This document shows positions 1 through 10,485 of a DNA stretch of 64,000 nt, in pieces. A program made the position numbers and the translations under genes. Below the pieces are notes generated by a model. The model was not told where the DNA came from. It saw only the letters and a list, made by a program, of their open reading frames with translations, and searched no databases. Source of the stretch: Candidatus Atabeyarchaeum deiterrae (lineage in GTDB: Archaea > Asgardarchaeota > Atabeyarchaeia > Atabeyarchaeales > Atabeyarchaeaceae); assembly GCA_037310415.1 (NCBI GenBank), contig CP147780.1:352001-416000 (forward strand). The letters are read 5' to 3'. Every line of letters starts with the position of its first letter. Position 1 is the first letter of the stretch.

Positions 1-518
1 ACAAGGTAAATGTTCCACTCCCGCCCCTTACAGATTCAGAATGCTATCTTCACGCATTTGACGAGGTTGTCCCACCACTTCTGAGATCATTCAGCCCAGA
101 GGTGATAGTGAACCAGTTTGGTGTTGATACACATTTCGATGACCCGCTTGCTCACCTGAGCTTGACCATGAGTTCTTATGGCGAACTGGCGTCAAGACTG
201 CATTCTCTGGCTCATGAGATATGTTCTGGAAAATACGTGGTATTGGGCGGCGGGGGTTACAAGCCTGAGAGTGTTGCGATAGCGTGGTCAATCATGTTCA
301 GCAAGATCAGTGGGATCAGGATACCAGAAAAGGTTCCAGAAAGATGGACAGACCTCTGCCGGGAAACTCTCAAAAGAGAACCGCCAAAATCATTTTCTGA
401 CAGATACGAGTATTCCGGGAATAGTGTTAGACGTGAAAAAACAGCGCAGTTGGTTGATCAGAGAATTGCTGAGGTCAAGACAACAATCTTCCCGATTCAT
501 GGCATTCAACCAAGGTAA
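1..518 (+). CDS. Histone deacetylase / AcuC-family protein, C-terminal part (5' end outside window)
   Basis: Frame open from window start: KVNVPLPP...NQFGVDTHFDDPLAHLSLT...LGGGGY, the HDAC-family motifs. Confidence 0.9.
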   Translation, partial: KVNVPLPPLTDSECYLHAFDEVVPPLLRSFSPEVIVNQFGVDTHFDDPLAHLSLTMSSYGELASRLHSLAHEICSGKYVVLGGGGYKPESVAIAWSIMFSKISGIRIPEKVPERWTDLCRETLKREPPKSFSDRYEYSGNSVRREKTAQLVDQRIAEVKTTIFPIHGIQPR

Positions 519-662
519 AGCTGTTTTCGCTGAGTTACCCACTTTGTCTTGTGGGCTCTGTTGTACAATAGATATGATTATTAACACTCGTTTGATTAGA
601 TAAAGCTAAAGATTCCGCACGCTTTGTCTGCGGAGTCCAGTATGCGAGCTATGAGGTTCTGA

Positions 663-3404
663 TTGAGTTTGACGAAAGATGCTCCAACCTTGGACAGTTA
701 TTTCAAGTCAGACACAAATGTAAAACAGGAGCGAACTCCAAGGGGACGAAAGGAACTTGATAGGAAACCGAGTAGACAGGAAGAAGAACTGGGTGAAGAA
801 CCTTCAGAAGAAGATGCTAGCATTGTACAAGCGGAGGAAGAAGAATCTGAGATTGAACCTGAGGGAATCACGGGAGAAAGATACGTTGCCGATAACACGC
901 CACCATCTATTCTCCTATCAGTCAGGTACGATGGTGGTTCAGGAAAAGCATTCGCGAAACTGTATGACCCTGAGAAACAACAGCTTTACTTCTGGTATGA
1001 TAACACAGGTCACCTTCCTTATTGCTTCACGGACATAACCCCAGAGGAGATCAAAAGAAGATACCTTGCTGTTGCCAACCACCCAGGATTAAGGAATCTT
1101 GAGTCTGTTGAGAAATATGATCTCCTGTCAGACAGGAAGGTTAGAATGACCAAGATCACGGCTACAGATCCTTTGGCCATAGGGGGGAGGAACGATTCGA
1201 TCAGAGAACTCATACCCGACAACGTTTGGGAGGCGAAGATTCCCTACCATATATGCTACATATATGATCGAGGGCTAACCCCAGGAATGCCGTATCAGAT
1301 CAAAGAAGGAAAACTCCTTCCAACCCCAAGCAAGATACCGCAGGACCTGATGCATGATTTCTCAGACATATTTCAGAACGAGCCCAAAGAGTTCAGGGAG
1401 TTGTTGCCTCGTCTGCTGCCATATTTCATAGAGAGAACTCCTGACATTAGAAGAGTTGCGGTTGACATAGAGGTCTTGAACCCAATAGTCGATCGCATAC
1501 CCGACGCCACCACTGCAGAGCACAGAGTATTTGCAGTGTCTTTGGCATCAAATGATGGATTGAAAGAAGTATACCTGCTAAGAATTAACGGGGAAGGCAA
1601 GAACTATCAAGACCTGAACGAATCGTCCGCCAATCGTGAATTCAAGGTGAGTCTCTTTGACGATGAGAAGGATCTACTCAAGAAGACCTTTGAAATTCTG
1701 GACGACTACCCTGTTGTTGTGACTTTCAACGGGGACTTATTTGACCTGCGTTACCTTGCGCATAGGGCTCATAGACTGAACATAGACTCCAATGAGATTC
1801 CTATTATTCTTACAAAAGATAGAGCAACCGTGAAGTATGGAGAACATATTGATCTCTATAGATTCTTCTTCAACCGTTCAATTCAAGTGTACGCTTTTTC
1901 CAACAAGTATCGAGACATATCACTGGACACAATATCTCGAACGCTAGTTGGACTAGAAAAAGTAAAGCTCACAAAGAACTTTGTTCAGCTCTCGCCCTCG
2001 GAACTGTCTGAGTATTCTTGGCAAGATGCCAAGATAACATTTGAGTTGACGCGATTCAGCGGAAACATCGTCCTCAACCTCATACTCCTAATCATGCGCT
2101 TGTCCCACTTGCCGATAGAAGACGTGACTAGACAAGCTGTCTCGGCCTGGATAAGGAGTCTTTTCTATTTCGAACACCGTCAAGCAGGATACCTAATTCC
2201 AAGACCGCAGGACATATCCAAGTCAAAAGGACAAGTCGACACTAAAGCCATGATTAAGGGAAAGAAGTACATGGGAGCGATTGTAGTTGCCCCACATAAG
2301 GGAGTCCATTTCAATGTGGCGGTACTCGATTTCGCATCTCTGTACCCAAGTATTATCAAAACCAGAAACCTGAGCTACGAGACTGTAAGATGCCATCATC
2401 CAGAATGTCAGACAAACAAGGTTCCGGAAACAACACACTGGGTTTGCTCGAAGAAACGAGGAATATCATCACTTTTGATCGGATTCTTCCGCGATGTAAG
2501 GGTGAAATGGTTCAAGAACAAAGCCAAAGACAAGAACTTGAACAAGGATGAGAGAAGTCTCTACGACGCAGTATCGCAAGCATTGAAGGTCTTCTTAAAT
2601 GCCAGCTACGGAGTCTTTGGAGCTGAGACATTTCCACTTTACTGCCCTCCAGTAGCTGAAAGCACCACGGCTGTTGGCAGATATGCTATAATGCAGACCA
2701 TCAACAAGGCGAAAGACATGGGAGTCGAAGTCATATACGGAGACACTGATAGCGTCTTTCTCAAGAATCCCAGCGAGGCCCAAATCAGCGAACTCTTCAA
2801 ATGGAGCAACAACACCCTTGGCATAGAACTTGAGTTGGACAAGAGGTACAGGTATCTCGCTTTGAGTGAAAGAAAGAAGAACTACTTGGGAGTCTATGAA
2901 GATGGAACGGTTGACATAAAAGGACTGACAGGGAAGAAAAGAAACACACCTGATTTTCTTAGACAGGCATTTCGAGAAATGGTTCAAGCCTTGGCACAGG
3001 TTCAATCACCGCAAGACTTCGATGAAGCTCGTCGCAGAATCAAAGAAATTGCACGCACATGCTATAGGAAACTCGAAAAGCATGAATACTCACTTGAGGA
3101 TTTGGCCTTTCGCATTGAATTAACCAAGGAGCTAGATGCGTACAAGAAGACAATGCCACAACATGTGAAGGCAGCCAACCAATTGAAACAAGCCGGAGTC
3201 GAAGTCAGGGCAGGAGACATAATCTATTTTGTGAAAGTCAAGGGACCCACAGGAGTGAGACCTGTCAAACAAGCGAGTGTCAATGACATCGACGTGGATA
3301 AATACAAAGATGCTATTCAAAGTACATTTGAACAAGTCTTGGATGCCTTAGGCATCGAATTCCATGAAATAATGGGTCTTACTCGAATTGATGCATTTTA
3401 CTAG
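663..3404 (+). CDS. polB1: Family B DNA polymerase, PolB1-type
   Basis: ExoI AVDIEV, ExoII FNGDLFD, DFASLYPSII, NASYG, YGDTDS; acidic N-terminal extension and a Cys cluster after motif A as in PolB1. Confidence 0.95.
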   Translation: MSLTKDAPTLDSYFKSDTNVKQERTPRGRKELDRKPSRQEEELGEEPSEEDASIVQAEEEESEIEPEGITGERYVADNTPPSILLSVRYDGGSGKAFAKLYDPEKQQLYFWYDNTGHLPYCFTDITPEEIKRRYLAVANHPGLRNLESVEKYDLLSDRKVRMTKITATDPLAIGGRNDSIRELIPDNVWEAKIPYHICYIYDRGLTPGMPYQIKEGKLLPTPSKIPQDLMHDFSDIFQNEPKEFRELLPRLLPYFIERTPDIRRVAVDIEVLNPIVDRIPDATTAEHRVFAVSLASNDGLKEVYLLRINGEGKNYQDLNESSANREFKVSLFDDEKDLLKKTFEILDDYPVVVTFNGDLFDLRYLAHRAHRLNIDSNEIPIILTKDRATVKYGEHIDLYRFFFNRSIQVYAFSNKYRDISLDTISRTLVGLEKVKLTKNFVQLSPSELSEYSWQDAKITFELTRFSGNIVLNLILLIMRLSHLPIEDVTRQAVSAWIRSLFYFEHRQAGYLIPRPQDISKSKGQVDTKAMIKGKKYMGAIVVAPHKGVHFNVAVLDFASLYPSIIKTRNLSYETVRCHHPECQTNKVPETTHWVCSKKRGISSLLIGFFRDVRVKWFKNKAKDKNLNKDERSLYDAVSQALKVFLNASYGVFGAETFPLYCPPVAESTTAVGRYAIMQTINKAKDMGVEVIYGDTDSVFLKNPSEAQISELFKWSNNTLGIELELDKRYRYLALSERKKNYLGVYEDGTVDIKGLTGKKRNTPDFLRQAFREMVQALAQVQSPQDFDEARRRIKEIARTCYRKLEKHEYSLEDLAFRIELTKELDAYKKTMPQHVKAANQLKQAGVEVRAGDIIYFVKVKGPTGVRPVKQASVNDIDVDKYKDAIQSTFEQVLDALGIEFHEIMGLTRIDAFY

Positions 3405-3428
3405 CAGGCGAATCAGTTCCTGTTTGTG

Positions 3429-4202
3429 CTAAGCTACGCTTTCACCACAATTGGGGCAGAATCTGGCTCCCGATGGTATCTGGCCCCTGCAGTGAATACA
3501 ACGATCTATTGTCTCGTCTTTTCCTGATCGACAATCGTCTCGAGCACTCAAGGCCAGGGGAATGCCACTTGATGGGAGCCAACCTGGCGACTTATCTCTT
3601 CTCTCTTCCCCACCATATGATGTCCCAACGTCTCTTTTCGAGGGTTCTCCGAAAACATAGCTCAGCTCAGCTGTGCCGGATGATCTGTCTTCTTGAGAAG
3701 AAGAGTCTGAGGAGTCGGCAATAACATATCCTCTTGAGGACTCCCAATGACGGGCACCACCTTCAGCCCTGTGAAAATGAGTGGGATCGGAACTTCTTTC
3801 CTCGTGCATATCTGCTATGCTGTGATATGCAAGCATCTGGTTCTTAAGTGAAGAAGAGTCGATAATCTTCTTGGACACATCTAAGAACATCTGGTGGCAG
3901 ATTGACTTAATTCGCTCGTAATCTTCTGTGCTCAAACCTAGAAGTTCAAGTGCACCGTCTCTGTCCATGCATTTGTTGTCTAGGCTGCAGCAATATGCAA
4001 GAGAACCAAAGCAGGTTCGCAGCATCGCCATTTCCTGAACACTCTTTGAGATAGGTTGAATTCTGCTGTTCCCGATTAAGAGAGAGGTTCCTTCTACCCT
4101 CATGTCCACATATGCGGTACCAAGCAGGGTGTCGATGACTTTCTGAGCATCATACGCTCTACCATTGATGATTATGACACCTTTGGCTGAACTTACCTCC
4201 AA
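3429..4202 (-). CDS. Hypothetical protein with Cys-rich CFGSLAYCC...C..RD segment and C-terminal zinc ribbon
   Basis: 257-aa ORF; C-terminal CxxC...CxxC; GGAGGTG SD-like motif upstream. Confidence 0.75.
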   Translation of the reverse strand: MEVSSAKGVIIINGRAYDAQKVIDTLLGTAYVDMRVEGTSLLIGNSRIQPISKSVQEMAMLRTCFGSLAYCCSLDNKCMDRDGALELLGLSTEDYERIKSICHQMFLDVSKKIIDSSSLKNQMLAYHSIADMHEERSSDPTHFHRAEGGARHWESSRGYVIADSSDSSSQEDRSSGTAELSYVFGEPSKRDVGTSYGGEERRDKSPGWLPSSGIPLALSARDDCRSGKDETIDRCIHCRGQIPSGARFCPNCGESVA

Positions 4203-4409
4203 TCAAAGGACACCTCCCGACATTGATGAAGGATGACGATCGGAATGATCTATTCCAATAGACGAATAAGCGCTCTGCTAGATTATGAAACTTGGTAATA
4301 CTTAGAGAAGATCAGGGGAACATCAGTGCTTTGGTTGGATACTAAGTATCCTAAAACATGGATATTTGACCGAGGACAGTATTATCCTCACCTTTGTATG
4401 TGAACCATT

Positions 4410-4586
4410 CTATTCTAAAGCGCCACTTATGTCTTCGCCTGCGATTTCAGATTCAGGAAACTCATTGCCACAGAAAGGGCATTTCACGTACTTGCATCCG
4501 TACGTTGATGAGGGGCATCCTCTACATCCGAATGTTCTTCCGTAAGAGAGAGCAAAGCTTCGGCGACATTTTGGACAGACAACCAT
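4410..4586 (-). CDS. Small Cys-rich zinc-finger protein (58 aa)
   Basis: MVVCPKC...GCRGCP...GCKYVKCPFCG; GAGGA SD upstream of the ATG at 4586. Confidence 0.75.
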   Translation of the reverse strand: MVVCPKCRRSFALSYGRTFGCRGCPSSTYGCKYVKCPFCGNEFPESEIAGEDISGALE

Positions 4587-4695
4587 AATTGATTCCTCGC
4601 TTCGACAGAAGAGTTGGAGAAGATAAAAGTATTTCTCACATTCAATTGCTAGTACCACTCAAGGTCGAGATCACGTCAGACATTTTGCTATCTTC

Positions 4696-7695
4696 TTAGC
4701 CTTCGATGTATATCGAGGGGCGATACGGCTGCGCCAAGGAAGCCTTCTTGGATGGGTCATAGATGTTCCTGTCCTCGGAATCAAAGATCTTGATCTGTGC
4801 TGAGAACTGATTTCTGATTAACATTCTCTCATCTTCGAGTACTTCTCTTTCATCAATCCTTGATCCGAGTCTTCTTTCGATCATATTTCTTGGCATGGTC
4901 TTAATCGTATTAAACACAACTTCAGTAAATTTCGCTATTGCCTTTTCCCTGCCTTTGGCAAATGGCTTCGACATGGCAGTCTTGATTATTGAGCTAACAT
5001 TCGCCGTTTGGTCCTGCAAGACTATTTCCAAGATTAGTCTGTATAAGTCGTACTTCCACTTTGGGGACGTGTAGTAGATGAGCGTCTTTGGCTTAATATT
5101 GGTGACCTTAATTATCTCTCTCGTATCTTCTAGGATCTTCATTGTGTATGTCTCTCGCTCCTCGGCTTCAATATCTAGTAGCTTCTCATCAGGCGACGGC
5201 CAGATGGCCATGGATACAAAGCCTCGTCCACCAGATTTCTCCCATGCTTCTTCGCAAACATGTGGTGCAATTGGTGTCAATAGCCGGATCCATGTGTCTA
5301 CGACTTTCAGTAAGACGAAGGTTTTGGCGGTGTCTCGATTGTTTCTGCTTTCGTCTGCGTGACTTTCCTCAGCGCTAGTCCTTCTTAGGTACCAGTTCAG
5401 CTCCAAATCTAACAAGTAGAATGATTGTTGTATTGCTTCCCTTATTTCGCATTCTTCCATGGCTTTTGTTGCCTGAAGGATTCGGTTTTGAAGGACCGAT
5501 AGCATCCACTTGTCTATGCTTGTCAGTGCAGGCACGGGCTCACCTACATTCTTATGATGCACCGTTCTCTTCGATCCTACCTCCCTCACGAAATCATGGA
5601 ACTTCTCCAATCTCTGACGGATCGTCTCTGCAAGCGAGTCGCTGAAGTTTGCATCGGAGAGAAGCTCAGCTGAACCTAGCACGGCGATCTTTATGGTGTC
5701 TGCTCCATAGCGTTTCACGGCGTCACGTATTGGGATGGTGTTGCCTATTGATTTGCTCATCTTCTTGCCTTCCATCAACACCATTCCGTTATTCACAGTT
5801 TGCTTTGGCCAGAGCTCCTTTGGGAAGATCGCTACGTGATTGAAAATGAAGAACGTTAAATGGTTTGGTATAAGCTCTCTTGCGGAGTGCCTTGAATCTA
5901 AAGGGTACCAGTAAAGAAACTCTTTCCTCATGGATTTCAGCGTATCTTTCGATAGACCGTCTTTGTTGGTAAGCTTACTTGGGTCACCTTGACCCAAGAA
6001 TATGTAGTCAAAGACTGAGTCACTGAACTGTTCTGCCCTCAAACCCAATTCATTTATGTACTTCGCTATTGTGTAGTACGCCATGTATATTGTTGAATCG
6101 GAGAGGCTTTCAATTGTCCAACCAGGAGCTTGTGGCAGGCTGGTGCCTAAACCAGACTGTCTAGCGCATGCACGGAACTTCAACCATTCTATGACGTTTC
6201 TATATTCCTGTCGCAGGTCTTCTGGTATTATTCGCATTCTTTCTAGATGCTGAGAGACTCTTTTCTTCCATTCCGAGTCCCCATAGTTGATGAACCATTG
6301 GTTTTCTAGAAGTTTGACGACACACTCAGTGCCGCATCTGCAGCGCACAGGGCTATTTGTCAATTCGTAGAACTTCTCTGCAGTTCCTTTGTGTTCGAGG
6401 TCGGCTTTGACCTGATCTTTTGCCTTTGAGACTTTCGTTCCAGCATATTTGCCAGTGCTCTCTTTCATTATTCCTTCATTGAACTCTTTCAGGTACAATT
6501 CTTTGGTCGCGTCTTCAGCTTTCGGGTCACTTTGGGATTCTATCCTCATACGATCAACTACATCGCCAGCCGGTATGTTCGAGTAACCTTCGATCTTTAC
6601 GATTGAGACAGGGGAGATGCTGTTGATCTTCGAAGCCTCAAGTCCGTATTTGGACAGTTGTTCTGCAATCTCAGGTTTCTTGAGATCTCTCAGAGCCAAG
6701 TAATCATAAGGTGCGTGTCCGGGGACGCTCATTACTAATCCTGTTCCAGTCTTGGGGTCAACGAATGATGCGGGTAGCACAAGATTCTCCTGGCCAGTTT
6801 CAGGATTGACGACAGATTTGCCAATTAACTTGCTTCCAGATATCGTCTCATTAGCTGAGAAATTGATCTTCTTAGCCTGGTACTTCAACTTCTCAAAGCA
6901 TTCTTGTGAGGCGACCCATTTTTCTCCGTCAACCTTGGCAATGACATACTCAACATCAGGATTTATCCAAAGATTGGTTACACCGTATACGGTCTCTGGG
7001 CGATATGTTACAACAGGGAACACCAATCCGTCTTCCGTTCTGAACTTCAATAGTGTGACTTCTGTTATCTCTGGTTCTACATCGCCTTGAGTGTCATGCA
7101 TCCCGACCGGGTTATTGTCAGAAGGGCACCACCCAACAGGATGTGTTCCTTGAACAAGGTAACCTTTGCAGCTCAGCTTCCTGAATTGCCATTGAATGAA
7201 TTTACTATAGATTGGATCTATTGTTGTGAATTCTCGTCTCCAGTCTATCGAGTACCCCATTTCCTTCATTCCGAGCTTCAGTTCGTTATGGAAGTATTTG
7301 GCAAGAGTCAAAGGATCGTTAAAAGCCTTTATAGTGTCAAGTGGAATCTTGTAGTCCTTCTGGAACTCGTTTATTAACTCTTGGTCTTTCTTCGCAACTC
7401 TTCTTGCCATGGCTAATATTGGCGTTCCAGTGTAGTGGAAACCCTGTGGATAGAGAACATTGAATCCTCTCATTCTCTTGTACCGAGCATAGACATCTGT
7501 CAACCCGTAGGTTCTTCCGTGACCAATATGCTGAGGAGAGTTGACGTACGGATACGCGACTGTTACGAAGAACTTTGGTTTTGACGAATCCACATCAGCT
7601 TCGAAGATTCTTGCTTCTTCCCATCTCTTCTGCCATTTCGCCTCTATCTTATTGAAATCGAGGTGTTGTGCCGCCATTACAGACACGACCTTCAA
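4696..7695 (-). CDS. leuS: Leucyl-tRNA synthetase (archaeal type)
   Basis: HIGH and KMSKS motifs, editing-domain GTGLVMSVPGHAPYD, SLSDSTIYMAYYT. Confidence 0.97.
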   Translation of the reverse strand: MKVVSVMAAQHLDFNKIEAKWQKRWEEARIFEADVDSSKPKFFVTVAYPYVNSPQHIGHGRTYGLTDVYARYKRMRGFNVLYPQGFHYTGTPILAMARRVAKKDQELINEFQKDYKIPLDTIKAFNDPLTLAKYFHNELKLGMKEMGYSIDWRREFTTIDPIYSKFIQWQFRKLSCKGYLVQGTHPVGWCPSDNNPVGMHDTQGDVEPEITEVTLLKFRTEDGLVFPVVTYRPETVYGVTNLWINPDVEYVIAKVDGEKWVASQECFEKLKYQAKKINFSANETISGSKLIGKSVVNPETGQENLVLPASFVDPKTGTGLVMSVPGHAPYDYLALRDLKKPEIAEQLSKYGLEASKINSISPVSIVKIEGYSNIPAGDVVDRMRIESQSDPKAEDATKELYLKEFNEGIMKESTGKYAGTKVSKAKDQVKADLEHKGTAEKFYELTNSPVRCRCGTECVVKLLENQWFINYGDSEWKKRVSQHLERMRIIPEDLRQEYRNVIEWLKFRACARQSGLGTSLPQAPGWTIESLSDSTIYMAYYTIAKYINELGLRAEQFSDSVFDYIFLGQGDPSKLTNKDGLSKDTLKSMRKEFLYWYPLDSRHSARELIPNHLTFFIFNHVAIFPKELWPKQTVNNGMVLMEGKKMSKSIGNTIPIRDAVKRYGADTIKIAVLGSAELLSDANFSDSLAETIRQRLEKFHDFVREVGSKRTVHHKNVGEPVPALTSIDKWMLSVLQNRILQATKAMEECEIREAIQQSFYLLDLELNWYLRRTSAEESHADESRNNRDTAKTFVLLKVVDTWIRLLTPIAPHVCEEAWEKSGGRGFVSMAIWPSPDEKLLDIEAEERETYTMKILEDTREIIKVTNIKPKTLIYYTSPKWKYDLYRLILEIVLQDQTANVSSIIKTAMSKPFAKGREKAIAKFTEVVFNTIKTMPRNMIERRLGSRIDEREVLEDERMLIRNQFSAQIKIFDSEDRNIYDPSKKASLAQPYRPSIYIEG

Positions 7696-8055
7696 TCATT
7701 GTCAGATATGCAATTCTCCGATAGTGTGTTTCAGGAATACGTGGTGTGATAGCCAGAAAGTCAAGTGCAAGATGTTGCTTCTAGTCGATAAATGAACCAC
7801 GCGATCGGTTATCCTTCGATGTGAGATTGAAGTTTACTTATGAAAAATCAGTAATTGTGAAGAGTCATTATTAAGGTATTCGTATGTTGAGGAGGAATCC
7901 CCAAAAACATCAGGTTCCTCAGAGAACATAATCCCTCGAAAACAATGCTAGCCGGCGCCTCCGCACGTCTCTGGCTTACAGGCTCAGATATGTAGTCTAG
8001 GATTAATTAGCATTTGGTCAGTAACATAAGAGTCGGGGTTTCATACGTTTCTTTT

Positions 8056-10485
8056 TCAGCTGTACTCAATAGTGCTCCCTGTTCCGTGGGCTCCTCTGTT
8101 CACGATCACATAGTTTCCGGCCGCCCATCCTTTCACTGCATCCAAATGAGATATGAGTATTGTCAGACCGAAGAGTTTTGTCAATTCGTGAATTATGTCC
8201 ATTGTCGAGTTCACTCCCTCCCCATCAAGACTGCCCAGATCACCTTCGTCTATTATGAGAGTCTTCATCCGAGATAGTCTCTTGCCAGCTTCAGGCAGTT
8301 CGCTTAGGACTTTACTGACCGCGAGTCGAACAGCTAGTGCTATTCTGACTTTTTCCCCTCCACTGAATCTATGGACGCCATATTTCGCATCTCCGTCCTT
8401 TACCCAGATGTTCAATTTCCCATCTTCTTGTTCTTCTATGGTGATTGCATCATACCTTCCGCCGCTCAACTGAGCCAAGATTGATGATGATTCAGAGGCT
8501 ACTCTGGGTATTATTCTTCTAAGGATTGCAGATGGTATACCGTCTCTATGGAAGGCCGGTTCGAGTTTCCTGTAATCGGTGATTTCACGTTCAAGTTCCC
8601 TTTCGCTATTGGCAAGGCCCACGATAGTCGCCTTGTATGATGAAATATTCTTGAGGTTTGTTTCTATTTCTTCCCTTTGTCTTTTCAGACCTTCGATGTC
8701 TTTCATCACGTCGGTGTATTTTCTTTGTCCATCTTTGAGTTGCTGCTTTGACTTCTGATATTCTTCTTTGAGCATTTGTGACTTCTCTATATCCTTTTCC
8801 AGTTTGGAGTATTCCTCCATTAGGATGTTCCTTTCTTTGTTCAGCGATTCTATTACATTCTCTGCTCCAGCGATCTTTTCCTTGATTTTGGCAAGCTCCT
8901 CTCCTGCGCTGATTGCCTCTTCTGCTTTTGTCTTGAGGTCGTCAAATGTGGCAGGATTGTAACCTGAATTGATTATGCGTTCGATTCTACTCGTACATTC
9001 TCCCAGAAGTTTCCTCGCATCCATGAGCTTCATTGGGTTCTTACTATCTATCTCTCCGACAACTAGAATCTCTTCTTTCAGTGAACGTTGCTTCTCAGAC
9101 AGAGCTTTGTCGATCTCCTCGACTCTTTTGAGAAGATCCTTCATTCTCGTTTCTGACACCGACAGCTTTGGTAATTCGGTAACGAGTTTGTCTAGTGTTT
9201 GGTCTACAGCGCCCTTGCTCGAACTCAGCTTCTTTCTGCTTTCGTCTAGAAGTTTCTTTAGATCCTGAAGCTTGGCCCTCTGATACGTTCCACTCGATGC
9301 TGCCTCAAGGTCTCTTGAGGCTCTCCCGAAGTTGGTTGCAGATTCTTGCAGCTTGTCTATGCTCTCTGCGTGTTTCTTTATCAGAATCGGACTAGTTACT
9401 CCCATCGATGCCTCATCGATTTCCTTTTCAATCGACTTCTTCTCGTTCAGTAGAGTTCCTTGTTCCCTCTTCAGGTTGTCAATCTCGCCATTCACCTGTT
9501 CGAGCCTGATCTTTATGAGTTGCTCAAACATCTCGATCTGATTCGCCACTCTGCCGTACTCATCCTTCATGATTGAAGCTGTCTCGCAATCCCTTCTCAG
9601 TTTCTCTGCTATACCTGCTTTCTGTGTGTAGTCAGCTAGCTTTTCCTTGGACTCTGACAAGACGTCGTTGTTTTGTCTCAATTTTCTTTCGGTGTCATCA
9701 ATTCTTACCCTCAGATTCTTCAGGTTCGTTTCGTCCACAACGAGTTTGTTAACGCTTCGCTCAAGTCCAGATACAGTCTCTTCTACTGCGTGGACAGTAT
9801 TCTCAACTTCGAGTCTCCTCTTTTCAAGTTCCCTGCTCTCTAAGCCGATCTGCTGTGATCTATCAATCCAGTTCTTCTCTTGACTTAGGAAATCCTTCTT
9901 GGTTTCAAGACTATCCTTGATCTTCTCCAGTTTTTTCTCGGCTTCGGTCCTATTATCTTTCGTTATCTGTAGGGCTTCTTCATATATTCCCAATCTGAAC
10001 AAGGAGATGAAAATGTCCTTTCTCTTCGATGGGTCCTCTTCGATTAAACGCTTCATCTCTTCTTGTCTGATGATAGTGCTGTTAACAAAACCCGCATAGT
10101 CGAGGCCTATTCGCTCACTAAGAAAGTGCTCTGCATCATTGACCTTCAAATCAAGACGCTTCTTGTTCAGAAACACATCAAGGAAAGCGGTTCTTCTTGT
10201 AAGATTGAACATTCTTCTAACCACATAGATGTCGCCGCTTAGCTCAAACTCGACTTCAACGTAGCACTCTTTTTCACCAATTTTCACCAAGTCGTCCTGT
10301 TTGTACCCTTTTAGATCTGTTAACGAAGTTTTCCCGTACACCGCCCATGTTAATGCATCAATAACTAGCGTTGATTTTCCGGCGCCATTTGGGCCTATTA
10401 CAGTGACCGACTCATAGTCTCTTAGGTCCAGTTCTGAGTCCTTGAAGCACTTGAAATTGTGTAGATGTATTCTTAGCAGTCTCAC
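8056..10485 (-). CDS. rad50: Rad50/SbcC-like SMC-family ATPase (no zinc hook)
   Basis: Walker A GPNGAGKST, long coiled coil, signature FSGGE, Walker B LIIDEG, ISH; overlaps the mre11 stop. Confidence 0.9.
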   Translation of the reverse strand: MRLLRIHLHNFKCFKDSELDLRDYESVTVIGPNGAGKSTLVIDALTWAVYGKTSLTDLKGYKQDDLVKIGEKECYVEVEFELSGDIYVVRRMFNLTRRTAFLDVFLNKKRLDLKVNDAEHFLSERIGLDYAGFVNSTIIRQEEMKRLIEEDPSKRKDIFISLFRLGIYEEALQITKDNRTEAEKKLEKIKDSLETKKDFLSQEKNWIDRSQQIGLESRELEKRRLEVENTVHAVEETVSGLERSVNKLVVDETNLKNLRVRIDDTERKLRQNNDVLSESKEKLADYTQKAGIAEKLRRDCETASIMKDEYGRVANQIEMFEQLIKIRLEQVNGEIDNLKREQGTLLNEKKSIEKEIDEASMGVTSPILIKKHAESIDKLQESATNFGRASRDLEAASSGTYQRAKLQDLKKLLDESRKKLSSSKGAVDQTLDKLVTELPKLSVSETRMKDLLKRVEEIDKALSEKQRSLKEEILVVGEIDSKNPMKLMDARKLLGECTSRIERIINSGYNPATFDDLKTKAEEAISAGEELAKIKEKIAGAENVIESLNKERNILMEEYSKLEKDIEKSQMLKEEYQKSKQQLKDGQRKYTDVMKDIEGLKRQREEIETNLKNISSYKATIVGLANSERELEREITDYRKLEPAFHRDGIPSAILRRIIPRVASESSSILAQLSGGRYDAITIEEQEDGKLNIWVKDGDAKYGVHRFSGGEKVRIALAVRLAVSKVLSELPEAGKRLSRMKTLIIDEGDLGSLDGEGVNSTMDIIHELTKLFGLTILISHLDAVKGWAAGNYVIVNRGAHGTGSTIEYS

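Noticed and set aside
7880-7990. Hairpin GAGGAA/TTCCTC followed by ACA, a possible H/ACA RNA
   Set aside because: No convincing K-turn or pseudouridylation pocket by eye
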